DNA from: Octopus sinensis
Taxonomy: Eukaryota
Length of the DNA: 64,000 bases
Assembly: GCF_006345805.1 (NCBI RefSeq)
Contig: NC_043020.1
Location: 14,260,001 to 14,324,000, forward strand
Direction: 5' to 3'
A program made the translations under genes and the position numbers. Positions 36,404 to 48,395 of this stretch are shown here, piece after piece. Numbering within the stretch: the first letter of the stretch is position 1; every line of letters begins with the position of its first letter. Under the pieces are notes generated by a model that did no database searches, was not told where the DNA came from, and saw nothing but the letters and a program-made list of their open reading frames with translations.

Positions 36404-36638
36404 TTACTCTTTTACTCTTTTACTTGTTTCAGTTCATTTGACTGCGGCCATGCTGGAGCACCGCCTTTAATCGAGCAACTCGATCCGGGACTTATTCTTT
36501 GTAAGCCCAGTACTTATTCTAATCGGTCTCTTTTGCCGACTGCTAAGTAACGGGGGACATAAACACACCAGCATCGGTTGTCAAGCAATGCTAGGGGGAC
36601 AACCAAACAGACACACAAACCCACACACACACACACAC

Positions 36639-36700
<62 letters not shown>

Positions 36701-36866
36701 TACGACGGGCTTCTTTTAGTTTCCGTCTACCAAATCCACTCACAAGGCTTTGGTCGGCCCGAGGCTATAGTAGAAGACACTTGCCCAAGGTGCCATGCAG
36801 TGGGACTTGAACCCTGAACCATGTGGTTGGTAAACAAGCTACTTACCACACAGCCACTCCTGTGCC
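36404..36866 (-). mobile_element. SINE family A, full length
   Basis: Reverse-complement copy. Confidence 0.85.
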
Positions 36867-37100
36867 TATTATGTTCATATTACCTATGTAATATAATTTG
36901 GAAAATGGCTGAAATAGTAAAAGCACCAGATTAAAACTGGATGACATTTACTCTTAATTCCTTGGCAAACATCATTTCAAATCTCATCCAAATCAGCTTT
37001 ATCTTTCATTCATGTAAATTTTGTCTTAAGTATTTTATGTAGTTATATGATTATGTAATAATAAATCTCAGAGCGAGTAATAAACAGTAGCTACAACACA

Positions 37101-37422
37101 TTGTGATGTATATTTGCCATTTAAATATGGCTAACCCCTGAGGGTGGATGCTACTGTAGTTTGTAGCCCCAGGAGGACACCTCCTCCAGCTGGCTATAGA
37201 CACGCTTTCTGTGCCCTATCAGTATTTGCAAAGGGAAGTCATCCTTCCCGGCTTCAACTTATGATACACACGGACTCGAGTTTCTGAATATTGACCCGTC
37301 ATCGGTGTGTGACAATCACAGTTGTCGATGAGAAGTAGGTTCCCGTCCTCCTGGGGTTACAAACTACAGTAGCATCCACCCTTAGGGGTTAGCCATATTT
37401 AAATGGCAAATATACGTCACGA
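37101..37422. mobile_element. Element with ~75-bp inverted arms and a degenerate hammerhead in the spacer
   Basis: Arms 37101-37178 and 37345-37422; minus-strand CCGATGA...GAAAC-TCGA-GTC at 37266-37310. Confidence 0.65.
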
Positions 37423-37607
37423 TATGATTATGTTAATTCACTTAACTCCTCCAAATATCTTTCTACCCTGAAGTGACTCCTTGACTCTTGGAGTTAAGAG
37501 GCGTGTCACCATTCCAAATAAAGTTTATTATTTGACTAACAAATTGATATCAGTAAAGAACAATTTTTCAAATGTTCTCTCTCTTTTGTAGTTTCAGAGA
37601 TTTGCCA

Positions 37608-37760
37608 ATGGCACTCAAGTTATGGCGATATTACCTACGAACACCAGCACGACGTTCCATTGTATTCCTGGCATTACTTATCATGGTTCTTGCGATGACC
37701 GTTTTTAATATTTCCTATGTAAGTTTCAACAAACCACAAAAGGACAGCGACCTGCTTCAG
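37608..37760 (+). CDS. First coding exon of a type II membrane protein (signal anchor; Golgi glycosyltransferase/sulfotransferase/kinase-like topology), family not identifiable
   Basis: Pyrimidine tract plus AG at 37590-37591 (second AG at 37596-37597), GCCAATGG start context, 51 codons MALKLWRYYLRTPARRSIVFLALLIMVLAMTVFNISYVSFNKPQKDSDLLQ (basic tail, ~19-aa hydrophobic helix, polar stem), donor CAG|GTAAAT in phase 0; unique sequence. Confidence 0.6.
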
Positions 37761-37836
37761 GTAAATCAATGCTTTTTCTAATTCTTTTCAATTTGTTTCC
37801 TTCCTTTGTCTTACAACACACTCACCATTCTTCTTT

Positions 37837-38144
37837 GTTGCTGTTGTTTGCTCCTTCTCGAGCCATGCCTGGCTCATAAGGGCCGGTTTCCCGGTTTCCT
37901 TGGCGTTTAGGTTCCCCACCTGGACGGGACGCCGGTCCGTCGCAGGTGAGCAGCAAGATGCAGGAGGAAAGAGCGAGAGAAAGTTGTGGCGAAAGAGTCA
38001 GCAGAAGTTCGCCATTACCTTCTGCCGGAGCCATGCAGAGCTTACGTGTTTCACTCATAAGCACACACATCACCCGGTCTGAGATTCGAACCCGTGATCC
38101 CTCAACCGCGAGTCCGCTGCTCTAACCTCTAGGCCATGTGCCTC
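37837..38144 (-). mobile_element. tRNA-Arg-headed SINE with 16-bp TSD
   Basis: TSD CTCACCATTCTTCTTT at 37821-37836 and 38145-38160. Confidence 0.9.
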
Positions 38145-38226
38145 CTCACCATTCTTCTTTCTGTTTATGCATCAATATGTTTAGACACATGCCCATCCAC
38201 ATATCTATTGATATGTCTACATGTTT

Positions 38227-38530
38227 GTGGAGGCACATGGCCTAGAGGTTAGAGCAGCAGACTCGTGGTCGAGAGATCACGGGTTCGAATCTCAGACCGG
38301 GCGATGTGTGTGTTTATGAGCGAAACACCTAAGCTCAACGCGGCTCCGGCAGAAGGTAATGGCGAAACTTCTGCTGACTCTTTCGTCACAACTTTCTCTC
38401 ACTCTTTCCTCTTGCATCTTGCAGCTCACCTGCGACGGACCGGCGTCCCATCCAGGTGGGGAACCTATACGCCAAGAAACTGGGAAACCGGCCCTTATGA
38501 GCCAGGCATGGCTCGAGAAGGAACGAACAA
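38227..38530 (+). mobile_element. tRNA-Arg-headed SINE with 14-bp TSD
   Basis: TSD ATGTCTACATGTTT at 38213-38226 and 38531-38544; body contains CCTGCGACGGACCGGCGTCCCATCCAGG, reminiscent of the V-SINE domain. Confidence 0.9.
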
Positions 38531-38956
38531 ATGTCTACATGTTTACACAGTAACATATGCACACAATTATGTGACACCTGGACATATCCTCAACAAGCAT
38601 ACATGTACATCTATATATGTAAAACATACAGCTATGCATATGTACTTGTAATCAAATTTGCGTATATGTTCACATGCACATGTATCTATATGTACACACA
38701 CACACATACACAAACATATATACATACATGTATACATATATACGCACATTTTGTTCTTGCATCATTCTGGGTTGTATCTGGATCTCTCTGTGAAATTTGG
38801 TAAAGATTCATTGAGAAATGTCAACCCTTGCAATCGTCTTTCATTGGTTAACTAAATCTGTAGATTAAGTAAATCTATCAGACATTAAAAGTCTCAGTAC
38901 ATGGATGTAGAGTGATTATCTATTTATTGCTTTTATGAACTTCACAAAAGTATTAA

Positions 38957-39178
38957 CCCTTTTGTTACCATATTTCTTTTGAGATGCTCTGTGTTTCTTT
39001 CAATTAATTTTAAATATAACAAAGAATTTAGTAAAATAACATAGTTATCATTAAGCTAGTGTTAGGAACATAAATTGTGACCAAGGTTTGGTGGAAGATT
39101 TTAATTCAGAACTTTTGAAAACAAGACATTTGTACTACAAAGCCAGAGGCGGTTTCAGGCGGGTTAGTATCAAAAGGG
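38957..39178. mobile_element. piggyBac-type MITE, second subfamily
   Basis: TTAA|CCCTTTTG...CAAAAGGG|TTCA, 222 bp. Confidence 0.7.
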
Positions 39179-39469
39179 TTCATGAATCAAATCAAAGATT
39201 TTCTTCAGAGAAATAAATACTATATTAAAAGGTACATCAGACACACTGGTATTTTAAACACACTCCAACTTCAGCAGCGCATACATGCATCCACACATCC
39301 ATACATCCACACACACGACTCTAGAAAGTGATCCTTCCAAGGCACAAGTCCAGGCAAGGTTGTTTATGGAAGATCAGCATTCACCCATGCATACAAGCCT
39401 CTCCTCTCTATGCCACCAATACAGCTTGGCACCAGTGATATCGCAACTCATTTCTATAGCTGAATAAAT

Positions 39470-40124
39470 AAATAAATTTTTGTCCACGAAAATAACATTC
39501 TTCCACTGTTCTAGGGACCAATTCTGTAGGTTTTCACTCCACTCTAAATGCTTTGCAATGTTCGTTTTTGAAAGTAGTGGTTTTCCGCTTGAAGTCCCAC
39601 CCACACCCCATGAAATTCGGCTTTGTGCAGCTCCTGGCAAACAATTTATGTGGAAACTGGGTTCTTGAGGTGGTCATTAAGCTCTGCAATAATTTTGGGA
39701 GCTGAACTTCTGTGATTCTTTCTAACAGTCCGACAGTCCCTATCTGAAAGTTTTGGTTTTCTTCCGGAGTTTTGTTTCAACGAGGAGGTTTTTCCCTTTT
39801 TCTCAAAGGCTGTCATTACTTTTGAGACAGTACTTTTTGATACACCAAACATTTCAGCTGTTTTCATTATGATAGCGCCTGCCATATGAGCACCAACAAT
39901 TTGACCCATTTGAAAGTCCGATACATCTTACATTTTAACGAATTTTAATTACCTTTTTCTGATGATATCTGAAAAGAAACAGCAATTTTAGCAAGACATA
40001 TTATGCAACACTAATAGTAAATCACAAAACATAAAAATAAACAAGCTTTTGACAGTTTTAAAGATATTTCAAAATTATGATGCTATGATGCTAATAATGT
40101 TTCCATTACTTTGTCCAACTCTTG
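39470..40124 (-). mobile_element. Tc1-like transposon, 5' half
   Basis: TA|CAAGAGTTGGACAAAGTAATGG end; decayed N-terminus SDFQMGQIVGAHMAG...SGRKPKLS...KPLLSK...W..EQWKNVIF; truncated against a SINE fragment at ~39300-39470. Confidence 0.85.
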
Positions 40125-40580
40125 TATATGTGTTCTTATACAAATACATATAACATGATCTGCATATGGATATAGATTAACTTTCCACATCATATCATTA
40201 TCAGGAAAGATTTATTTCCTAATAACAGCTGCAAACTATGGAATATAAAATAACCATAAAATGCAATTAAAAGAAACCTGAGGATAAAAGTTTGAGAAAC
40301 AAACTTAAAGAAATTTAATAAAATCAATCCAAGCTATAGTATACAATAATGCATAATTTCTTTTGATCAATAGTGTTACAAGTTACAAAGTGATCCCATT
40401 AGTGTTGGGACCATCTATAATAACTATTGATCAATAGGATTACCTATCTGACGAGTCGTGGTATTAAATATCTGTGACATTGAAGGTGACATGGTATATG
40501 CAAATGTTTGTAAAGAACATGAGAACATATTTGTGCATATGTGTTGTGTGTGTGTGTTTATAATAATGCCAGAAACCATA

Positions 40581-40868
40581 TCATCATCATCATCATTTAG
40601 CGTCTGCTTTCCATGCTGGCATGGGTTGGACGGTGCAACTGGGGTCTGGGAAGCCAGATGGCTGCACCAGGCCCAGTCTGATCTGGCAATGTTTCTATGG
40701 CTGGATGCCCTTCCTAATGCCAACCACTCCATGAGTGTAGTGGGTGCCTTTTACGTGCCACCGGCATAGGTGCCAGACGAGACTGGCAAAAGGCCACGAT
40801 CGGATGGTGCTTTTTACGTGCCACCGGCACGGAGGCCAGGCGTGGCTGGCAACTGAGGCGAGGCTGGC
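40581..40868 (-). mobile_element. RTE 3' UTR fragment (family B)
   Basis: (CAT)n tail and modules. Confidence 0.75.
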
Positions 40869-41303
40869 AGTGTATACAAGCACGTAAATGTGTGTATTTA
40901 TATAAATAGGTCTATATAATGTTCTTAGAATGAAAACTAAGAGACTGTTTACCCTCTAACATTTAAGGATGCTAATTTGGGGTGTCAAAAGTAAGACTTA
41001 GTATGCACATTTTGAACTTTGAAAGTTCTTATTGAATGTTGCCTTTTTAATTTTCTCTTGTTGGTCAGTTAACATATATCTTTTTGACATTTCAAATGCT
41101 TCAAAGTTTGCTCATGAAGGATTACATACAACTTGTCTATTTGAATGGAATCAACATGCCTATTAAGTGTTATATATACATATACATATATATATATATA
41201 TATAGGCAAGGAAAAATTATAAAAAGGCAGAATGCTAAATTGAAGGTAAATTTTAATGAAAATGGGTGTATGGAAAATTTTTTAAATGAAAAAAATATAT
41301 ATA

Positions 41304-41539
41304 TCATCATCATCATCATCATCATTTAGCATCCGTTTTCCATGCTAGCATGGGTTGGACGGTTTAACTGGGGTCTGTGAAGCCGGAAGGCTTCATCAGG
41401 CCCAGTCAGATTTGACAGTGTTTCTACGGCTGGATGCCCTTCCTAACGCCAACCACTCCGTGAGTGCAGTGGGTGCTTTTTACGTGCCACCTGCACAGGT
41501 GCCAGACAGAGCTGGCAAACGGCCACGAACGGATGGTGT
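41304..41539 (-). mobile_element. RTE 3' UTR fragment (family B)
   Basis: (CAT)n tail and modules. Confidence 0.75.
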
Positions 41540-41850
41540 AATTTAAACCAGTTTGCGTCGCAATGCAACTTTTCAAGAATTGTAAGGTGAAAAGAAAATA
41601 TTTTTTATTATTGAGGAGGAGGGAAAAAAGAAAATTACATTGTTTTCTTCTTTTCTTTTTTCTTTTTTCCCCCCTCCTCAATTATAAAAAAAATTTCTTT
41701 TCACCTTACAATTCTTGAAAAGTCGGATTGCAACGAAAACCGGTTTCAATTAATATATATTTTAAAAAAATTTTTATACACCCTTTTTATAATTTTCCTT
41801 GCCTATCATTTCTCCACGTGCGGTCAACACAACCACACCATTTATTGATT

Positions 41851-41884
<34 letters not shown>

Positions 41885-41926
41885 TATACATATATATATA
41901 TATATATATACACACACATACATATT

Positions 41927-41980
<54 letters not shown>

Positions 41981-42082
41981 CACACACATACATATACTAT
42001 ATATATATATATATATACACACCACACACACACACACACACATATATATATACACACACACACACCACTATAATATATATAT

Positions 42083-42148
<66 letters not shown>

Positions 42149-42422
42149 TATAATATATATATACACACACACACACACATATATATATACACACACACAC
42201 ATATATATATATACACACACATATACATATATATATAATCAAAATAAGCAACAAGGATATCCAGCTGGATATCCTTGTTGCTTATTTGATTATAATCACC
42301 ACATTTTGAATTATATGGATAATACCATACTATTTGCCGTGCCTTTAACTTAAGTACCATATTCATCTGAATCTAAATTTTAATGAACTTATATATGTGT
42401 ATATATACACACACACACACAT

Positions 42423-44035
42423 ATGAACATCAATGGAATTTGTATCTTTGTGGTACCAGTGCCGGTGGCACACAAGGAAAACCATCCGAAAGTGGCCGTA
42501 GCCAGTACCAGCCTTCACCGCATCGACTGGCCTCCGTTCTGTGGGCACATGACAAACACCATCCGATCGTGGCCGTTCGCCAGCCTCATCTAGCACCTGT
42601 GTCGGTGGCACATAAAAACACCATCGAAGACCCGCAAGACTAGTCAGGCCATAACCCATGGCCCCTACCTGGGACGTAGTCAGTCCACCTGTGCATACCT
42701 TCCTTCTTGTGACACTTGTGAAGACCTGTTGAGGCAAGTGAAAATCAAATCAAAACAAATCAAAATAGATGAACATCAATGGAATCTGTATCTTTGTGGT
42801 CCAGTGCCGGTGGCACACACTTGTGGTACCAGTGCGGTGGCACACATGAGAACCATCCGAACGTGGCCGTAGCCAGTTCCGCATCGACCGGCCTCCGTGC
42901 TGTGGGCACGTAACAAACACCATCCGATCATGGCCGTTCGCCAGCCTCATCTGGCACCACTGTGTCGGTGGCAACATAAAAACACCTTCCGAAGACCCGG
43001 CAAGACTAGTCAGTCCACCTGTGCATACCTTCCTTCTTGTGACACTTGTGAAGACCGGTTGAGGCAAGTGAAAATCAAATCAAATCAAATCAAAATAGAC
43101 AAATATATGAACATCAATGGAATTTGTATCTTGTGGTACCAGTGCCTGTGGCAACACAAGAAATCCATCAGTGCCGTAGTCAGTGCGGTGGGCACATGAC
43201 AAACACATCCGATCGTGGCCGTTCGCACAGCCTCATCTAGCACCTGTGTCGGTGGCACATAAAAACACCATCCGAAGACCCGGCAAGACTAGTCAGGCTA
43301 TAACCCATGGCCCCTACCGGGACGTAGTCAGTCCACCTGTGCATACCTTCCTTCTTGTGACACTTGTGAAGACCTGTTGAGGCAAGTGAAAATCAAATCA
43401 AAACAAATCAAAATAGATGAACATCAATGGAATTTGTATCTTTGTGGTACCAGTGCCGGTGCACGTGGCACATAAGAAAACCATCCGAACGTGGCCGTAG
43501 CCAGTACCGCATCGACTGGCCTCCGTGCTGTGGGCACGTAACAAGCACCATCCGATCGTGGCCGTTTGCCAGCCTCATCTGGCACCTGTGTCGGTGGCAC
43601 ATAAAAACACCATCCGAGCGTGGCCGTCTGCCAGCCTCGTCTGGCACCTGTGTCGGTGGCACATAAAAACACCATCCGAGCGTGGCCGTCTGCCAGCCTC
43701 GTCTGGCACCTGTGTCGGTGGCACATAAAAAACACCATCCGAGCGTGGCCGTCTGCCAGCCTCGTCTGGCACCTGTGTCGGTGGCACATAAAAACACCAT
43801 CCGAGCGTGGCCGTTTGCCAGCCTCGTCTGGCCCTGTGTCGGTGGCACATAAAATCACCCACTACACTCTCGGAGTGGTTGGCGTTAGGAAGGGCATCCA
43901 GCTGTAGAAACACTGCCAGATCTGACTGGACTGGTGCAGCTTTCGGGCTCCCTAGACCCCAGTTGAACCGTCCAACCCATGCTAGCATGGGAAAAGCGGA
44001 CGTTAAATGATGATGATGATGATGATGATGATGAT
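42423..44035 (+). mobile_element. RTE 3' UTR with expanded nested tandem repeats
   Basis: Units start at 42423, 42769, 43107 and 43417 (310-346 bp); then ~4.5 copies of a 62-bp unit (43581-43850); then the standard family B end and (GAT)n. Confidence 0.8.
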
Positions 44036-44318
44036 ATATAGCATCACTTATTAATTTTTTAAGTTAATTGTGTATTAAATAATTATGTTAGATGAGATGA
44101 ACAAACAATGATAATTTCAAATTTTGCCACAAGGCCAACAATTTTCGTGGAGTGGGTAAGTTGATTACATCGAGACCAGCACTCAGCTGGTACTTATTCT
44201 ATCGACCCTGAAAGGGGGAAAGTCAACCTTGGCAGAATTTGAACTTAGAGCATAAAGACAGAGGAAATGCCACTAAGCATTTAGCCTATTACAAAAATGA
44301 TTCTGCTACCTCATTGCC

Positions 44319-44353
<35 letters not shown>

Positions 44354-44451
44354 CCTTTCTACTATAGGCACAAGGCCTTCGATTTGAGGCTGCTTACCAC
44401 ACAGCCACACCTACATATATATATATAATATATATACATATATAATATATA

Positions 44452-45625
44452 TCATCATCATCATCATCATCATCATCGTTTAACGTCCGTTCTCCATGCT
44501 AGCATGGGTTGGACGGTTCGACTGGGGATCTGGGAAGCCAGAAGGCTGCACCAGGCTCCAGTCTTATCTGGCAGTGTTTCTACAGCTGGATGCCCTTCCT
44601 AACGCCAACACTCCGTGAGTGTAGTGGGTGCTTTTTACGTGCCACCTGCACAGGTGCCAGGCGAGGCTGGCAACGGCCACGGTCGGATTGTGTATTTTAT
44701 GTGCCACCGGCACAGAAGCCAGACGAGGCGGAGCTGGCATCGGCCACGAGTCGGATGGTGCTTTTTACGTACCACCAGACCAGGGATCCTGGCTGGTTCA
44801 ATTCGATTTCGATTTCGCTTGCCCCAACATGTCTTCGCAAGCAAGGGGGTTGGCATGGGTGCCTGGTACGGTCAGATTGGTGTATTTTACGTGCCGCCGG
44901 CACGGAAGCCAGTGGAGGCGGCGCTGGCATCGGCCACGAGTCGGATAGTGCTTTTACGTACCACCAGCCAGGGAACCTGGCAGGTTCAATTCGATTTCGC
45001 TTGCCCCAACATGTCTTCGCAAGCAAGGGGGTTGGCATGGGTGCCTGTCGTACGGTCAGATTGGTGTATTTTACGTGCCACCGGCACAGAAGCCAGTGGA
45101 GGCGGCGCTGGCATCGGCCACGAGTCGGATAGTGCTTTTTACGTACCACCAGACCAGGGATCCTGGCTGGTTCAATTCGATTTTGACTTCGATTTCGATT
45201 TCGCTTGCCCCAACATGTCTTCGCAAGCATGGGTGCCTGTCGTCGGATGAGGTTCTATATCGACTTCGCTTGCCCCAACAGGTCTTTGTGTCCAAGGGAG
45301 GAAAGGCATTCATAAGTGGGCTGGGCTCACTTGTCCTGCCTGGTCTTCTCACGTACAGAATATTTCCAAAGGTCTCGGTCGCTGGTCATTTCCTCAGTGA
45401 GGCCTAAAGTTCGAAGGTCGTGCTTCACCACCTCGTCCCAGGTTTTCCTGGGTCTACCTCTTCCACGGGTTCCCTCAACTGCTAAGGATTGGCACTTTCT
45501 CACACACCTATCTTCATCCATTCTCGCCACATGACCATACCAGCGCAATCGTCTCTCTTGCACACCACAACTGATGCCTCTTAGGTACAACATTCTCTCA
45601 AGGTGCTAACGCTCTGTCGAGTATG
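44452..45625 (-). mobile_element. 5'-truncated RTE LINE: ORF2 C-terminus plus modular 3' UTR
   Basis: GVQERRLRWYGHVARMDEDRCVRKC...GTRGRGRPRKTWDEVVKHDLR...DRDLWK (45327-45593), then ~850 bp of repeated modules and a (GAT)n tail. This links family B to an RTE. Confidence 0.9.
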
Positions 45626-45659
45626 TATTACTTATTTATTCATTACTTTGAATTTATCA

Positions 45660-45812
45660 GGCATTATCTCTTAGCTTCAAGATATTGGTGGTATGATTGT
45701 TTACTTTTAAAATGACATTGTAGTATAGATGTAAGAGGTCAGATCTGGTCAGTTTGAACGAAAAACAGGTAAAATATTTGGGCTGGATATGACTGGTTTA
45801 AATGCTAAAGGG
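45660..45812. mobile_element. Partial piggyBac-type MITE
   Basis: Right end CTAAAGGG|TTAA; body like 5459-5677. Confidence 0.65.
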
Positions 45813-45824
45813 TTAATGAACCAT

Positions 45825-45960
45825 GCAGGCACAGAATTGAAATGTGTTATGAAAAGGAAGGGGAGCATTTTGAACAGCACATAAAACTAGCAAATAAAAT
45901 TTTCTGTGTAATTAACTTTTGATAAATTATCCCTGTGGTGCATGACTTTTGCTTCACCCT
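45825..45960 (+). mobile_element. Possible Tc1/mariner-superfamily 3' end
   Basis: GEHFEQ-like C-terminal motif and terminal CACCCTG. Confidence 0.3.
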
Positions 45961-46700
45961 GAATATTCTTAGACGTGTTGGCTGCTCATCTCAAAATTAA
46001 AACAATTAGCCAAAATGAATAGAAATGTGTCAAAAAAAAAAAAAAAAAGGAAAAAACCCTCCCGTTACTGACAAATTGAACAGCTACTGGACCCCCCAAA
46101 AAATTAAGCATGGGATGAGCTGATTATGGAGAAGCCTCTGACAGCATTCTATTAGAAGAAACGTGACAGGAATAAAGCAACCACAAGAACACAGTATATC
46201 AACCATGCCAATACTACATAAGATGCTCAAAAGAACCCCAATCCTATGTGTAGAGGAATTTTCACTTCTCTGAGACTGCTTATTCCTGTTATTTTGTGCA
46301 GCTCTCTTGATTCTGTAATAAATTTGCTGAATCAAGTCACCAATAATTACAAATGCTATGGATGTGAGTTCATGCAGGAGTCTCTTTCCAGTTAGTTGAT
46401 TTGCCAGAATAGGTAGCCAAATCTCTCTCTGCTGCATTCAAAACAGGAAAGATATATTAAATAATGTAGTCGTATATGTGCAATGGCAGTCAAATAGTAC
46501 AGTTAGAAGCCTTTGATTACAGATTGACATGATCAGGATTAATCTGGAGCAAAACAACAATGCTATAGATGAATTATAAATAATTTCCTCATCAAAGATG
46601 ATTTAAACTATATAGAGAAGACAACACTCAACTGGAGTGTCTACCAAAAAACTGTGATATCAAAATAAAGGATTAAAAAATGTGCTTAAGCAATTCTGGG

Positions 46701-46997
46701 AAATCTTGGTACTTATTTTATCAGTTTCTTTTGCCAAACCACTAAGTTACAGGCACATGAATGCACCAACAATGGTTGTCAAGTGGTATCGGGGAACAAA
46801 CACAGACACACACACACATATATATGTATATATATATATATTATGGGCTTCTTTTAGTTTCCATCTAGTAAATCCATTCACAAGGCTTTGGTTGGCCCAA
46901 GGCTATATTAGAAGACACTTGCCCAAGGTGCCATGCAGTGGCACTGAACTCGGAACCATGTGGTTGTGAAGCAAGCTTCTTACCACACTGCCATGCC
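46701..46997 (-). mobile_element. SINE family A, partial and diverged
   Basis: Reverse-complement copy lacking the tail. Confidence 0.7.
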
Positions 46998-47388
46998 AGG
47001 ACAAAATAACAGAAAGGGTTAAAAAAACAAAACAAAAAACAAATAAAGGATAAAAATCAAAGCAGAACTCAAAAATTACCAAAAAGCAAAAGAGAAAAAA
47101 CCTATCAATATCCTGTAAGACTGGTTTTAGTAACAAAAGATCAATGTCTATCCACAAAAATATAAAGCATAACAAGAGGATAACATGAATTATAAACCAG
47201 TGGTTCTCAAACTGACAAAAACCAGGCCTATACAATATAGTAATAAAACATTTTAGTGCCCTGCTATTACCATGTACGACAAAACAAAGTATAATTATCA
47301 TCATAATTTTAAAGAACACTTTTCCATATATATATATATATATAATAGATATATATATATATTTTAAAGAACACTTGTACATCATATA

Positions 47389-47421
<33 letters not shown>

Positions 47422-47667
47422 TTTCTTTTATTTGTTTCAGTCAGTTGAGTGTGGCCATGCTGGAGCACCGCCTTCAGTCAAACATATCGACCCCAGAGCT
47501 TACTCTTTGTAAGCCTAGTACTTATTCTATCGGCCCCTTTGCCGAACCACTAAGTTACGGGGATGTAAACGCACCAGCATTGGTTGTCAAGTGATGGTGG
47601 GGGGGACAAACACAGACAAAAGGACAGGCTATTGCCAGACTTAAGTAATAATTATAATTGACATAAA

Positions 47668-47919
47668 TGGTTGTGTGAAAGGGCAATTCTTAATCCCCCA
47701 AAAATGAGACAGTAGCAAGAATTAACCATGAATTAATGAATAAGATTCCAACAGTCATTAAGAAGTACAAATCAGTTGATTCAGTCCTTGATGAAAATCA
47801 AGCTGTCCATTACCCAACAGAGTTCCTCAATTCTGTTGAGCCACCTGATAATAATAATAATAATAATAATGGTAATAATAATAATAATAATAATGGTAAT
47901 AATAATAATAATAATAATA

Positions 47920-47955
<36 letters not shown>

Positions 47956-48379
47956 GTAATAATAATAATAATAATAATAAACTTTTTCTGAAGGTAAGAG
48001 TCCCAATAATGTTTCTAAGAAATTCAGATCCTCCTAAATTATGCAATGGGACCAAGTTGATTGTAAAGACATTATCACCTAATGTGACAGAATCTACCAT
48101 CATCACTGGATGTGCCTCTGGGGAAGAGGTTTTCATTCCAAGAATTCCAATCAAACCAACAGACATGCCCTTTTGTGTTCAAACAAACACAATTCCAGTG
48201 CAACTTTCCTTTGCAATGTCTATAAATACAGCTCAAGGTCAGTCTTTGAAATCTGCATGCTTGATTGTCTTGTGGTCAACTTTGTTGGTTGCTCCAGGGT
48301 CGGTAGTTTGCAAGACTTATTTGTCTCTGTTCCAAACCAGAAAACAAAGGATGTTGTTTATCCAGAAGCTCTTACATAA
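47668..48379 (+). pseudogene. Helitron RepHel C-terminal PIF1-family helicase fragment
   Basis: WLCERAIL, YPTEFLNS, LRNSDPPKLCNGT, VFIPRIP, FAMSINTAQGQSL, then CSRVG...KTKDVVYPEAL-stop in a shifted frame; (AAT)n insertion at ~47849-47980. Confidence 0.9.
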
Positions 48380-48395
48380 TTTCCTTCAACATATA

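Noticed and set aside
35272-36550. Long MYVC-repeat ORFs
   Set aside because: (TATG)n microsatellite.
42363-45407. Cluster of overlapping 65-211 aa ORFs, and a CRISPR-like look of repeats with spacers
   Set aside because: GC-rich tandem modules of the RTE 3' UTR; the spacers are themselves repeated, there are no cas genes, and the context is eukaryotic. Only 45327-45625 is real ORF2 sequence.
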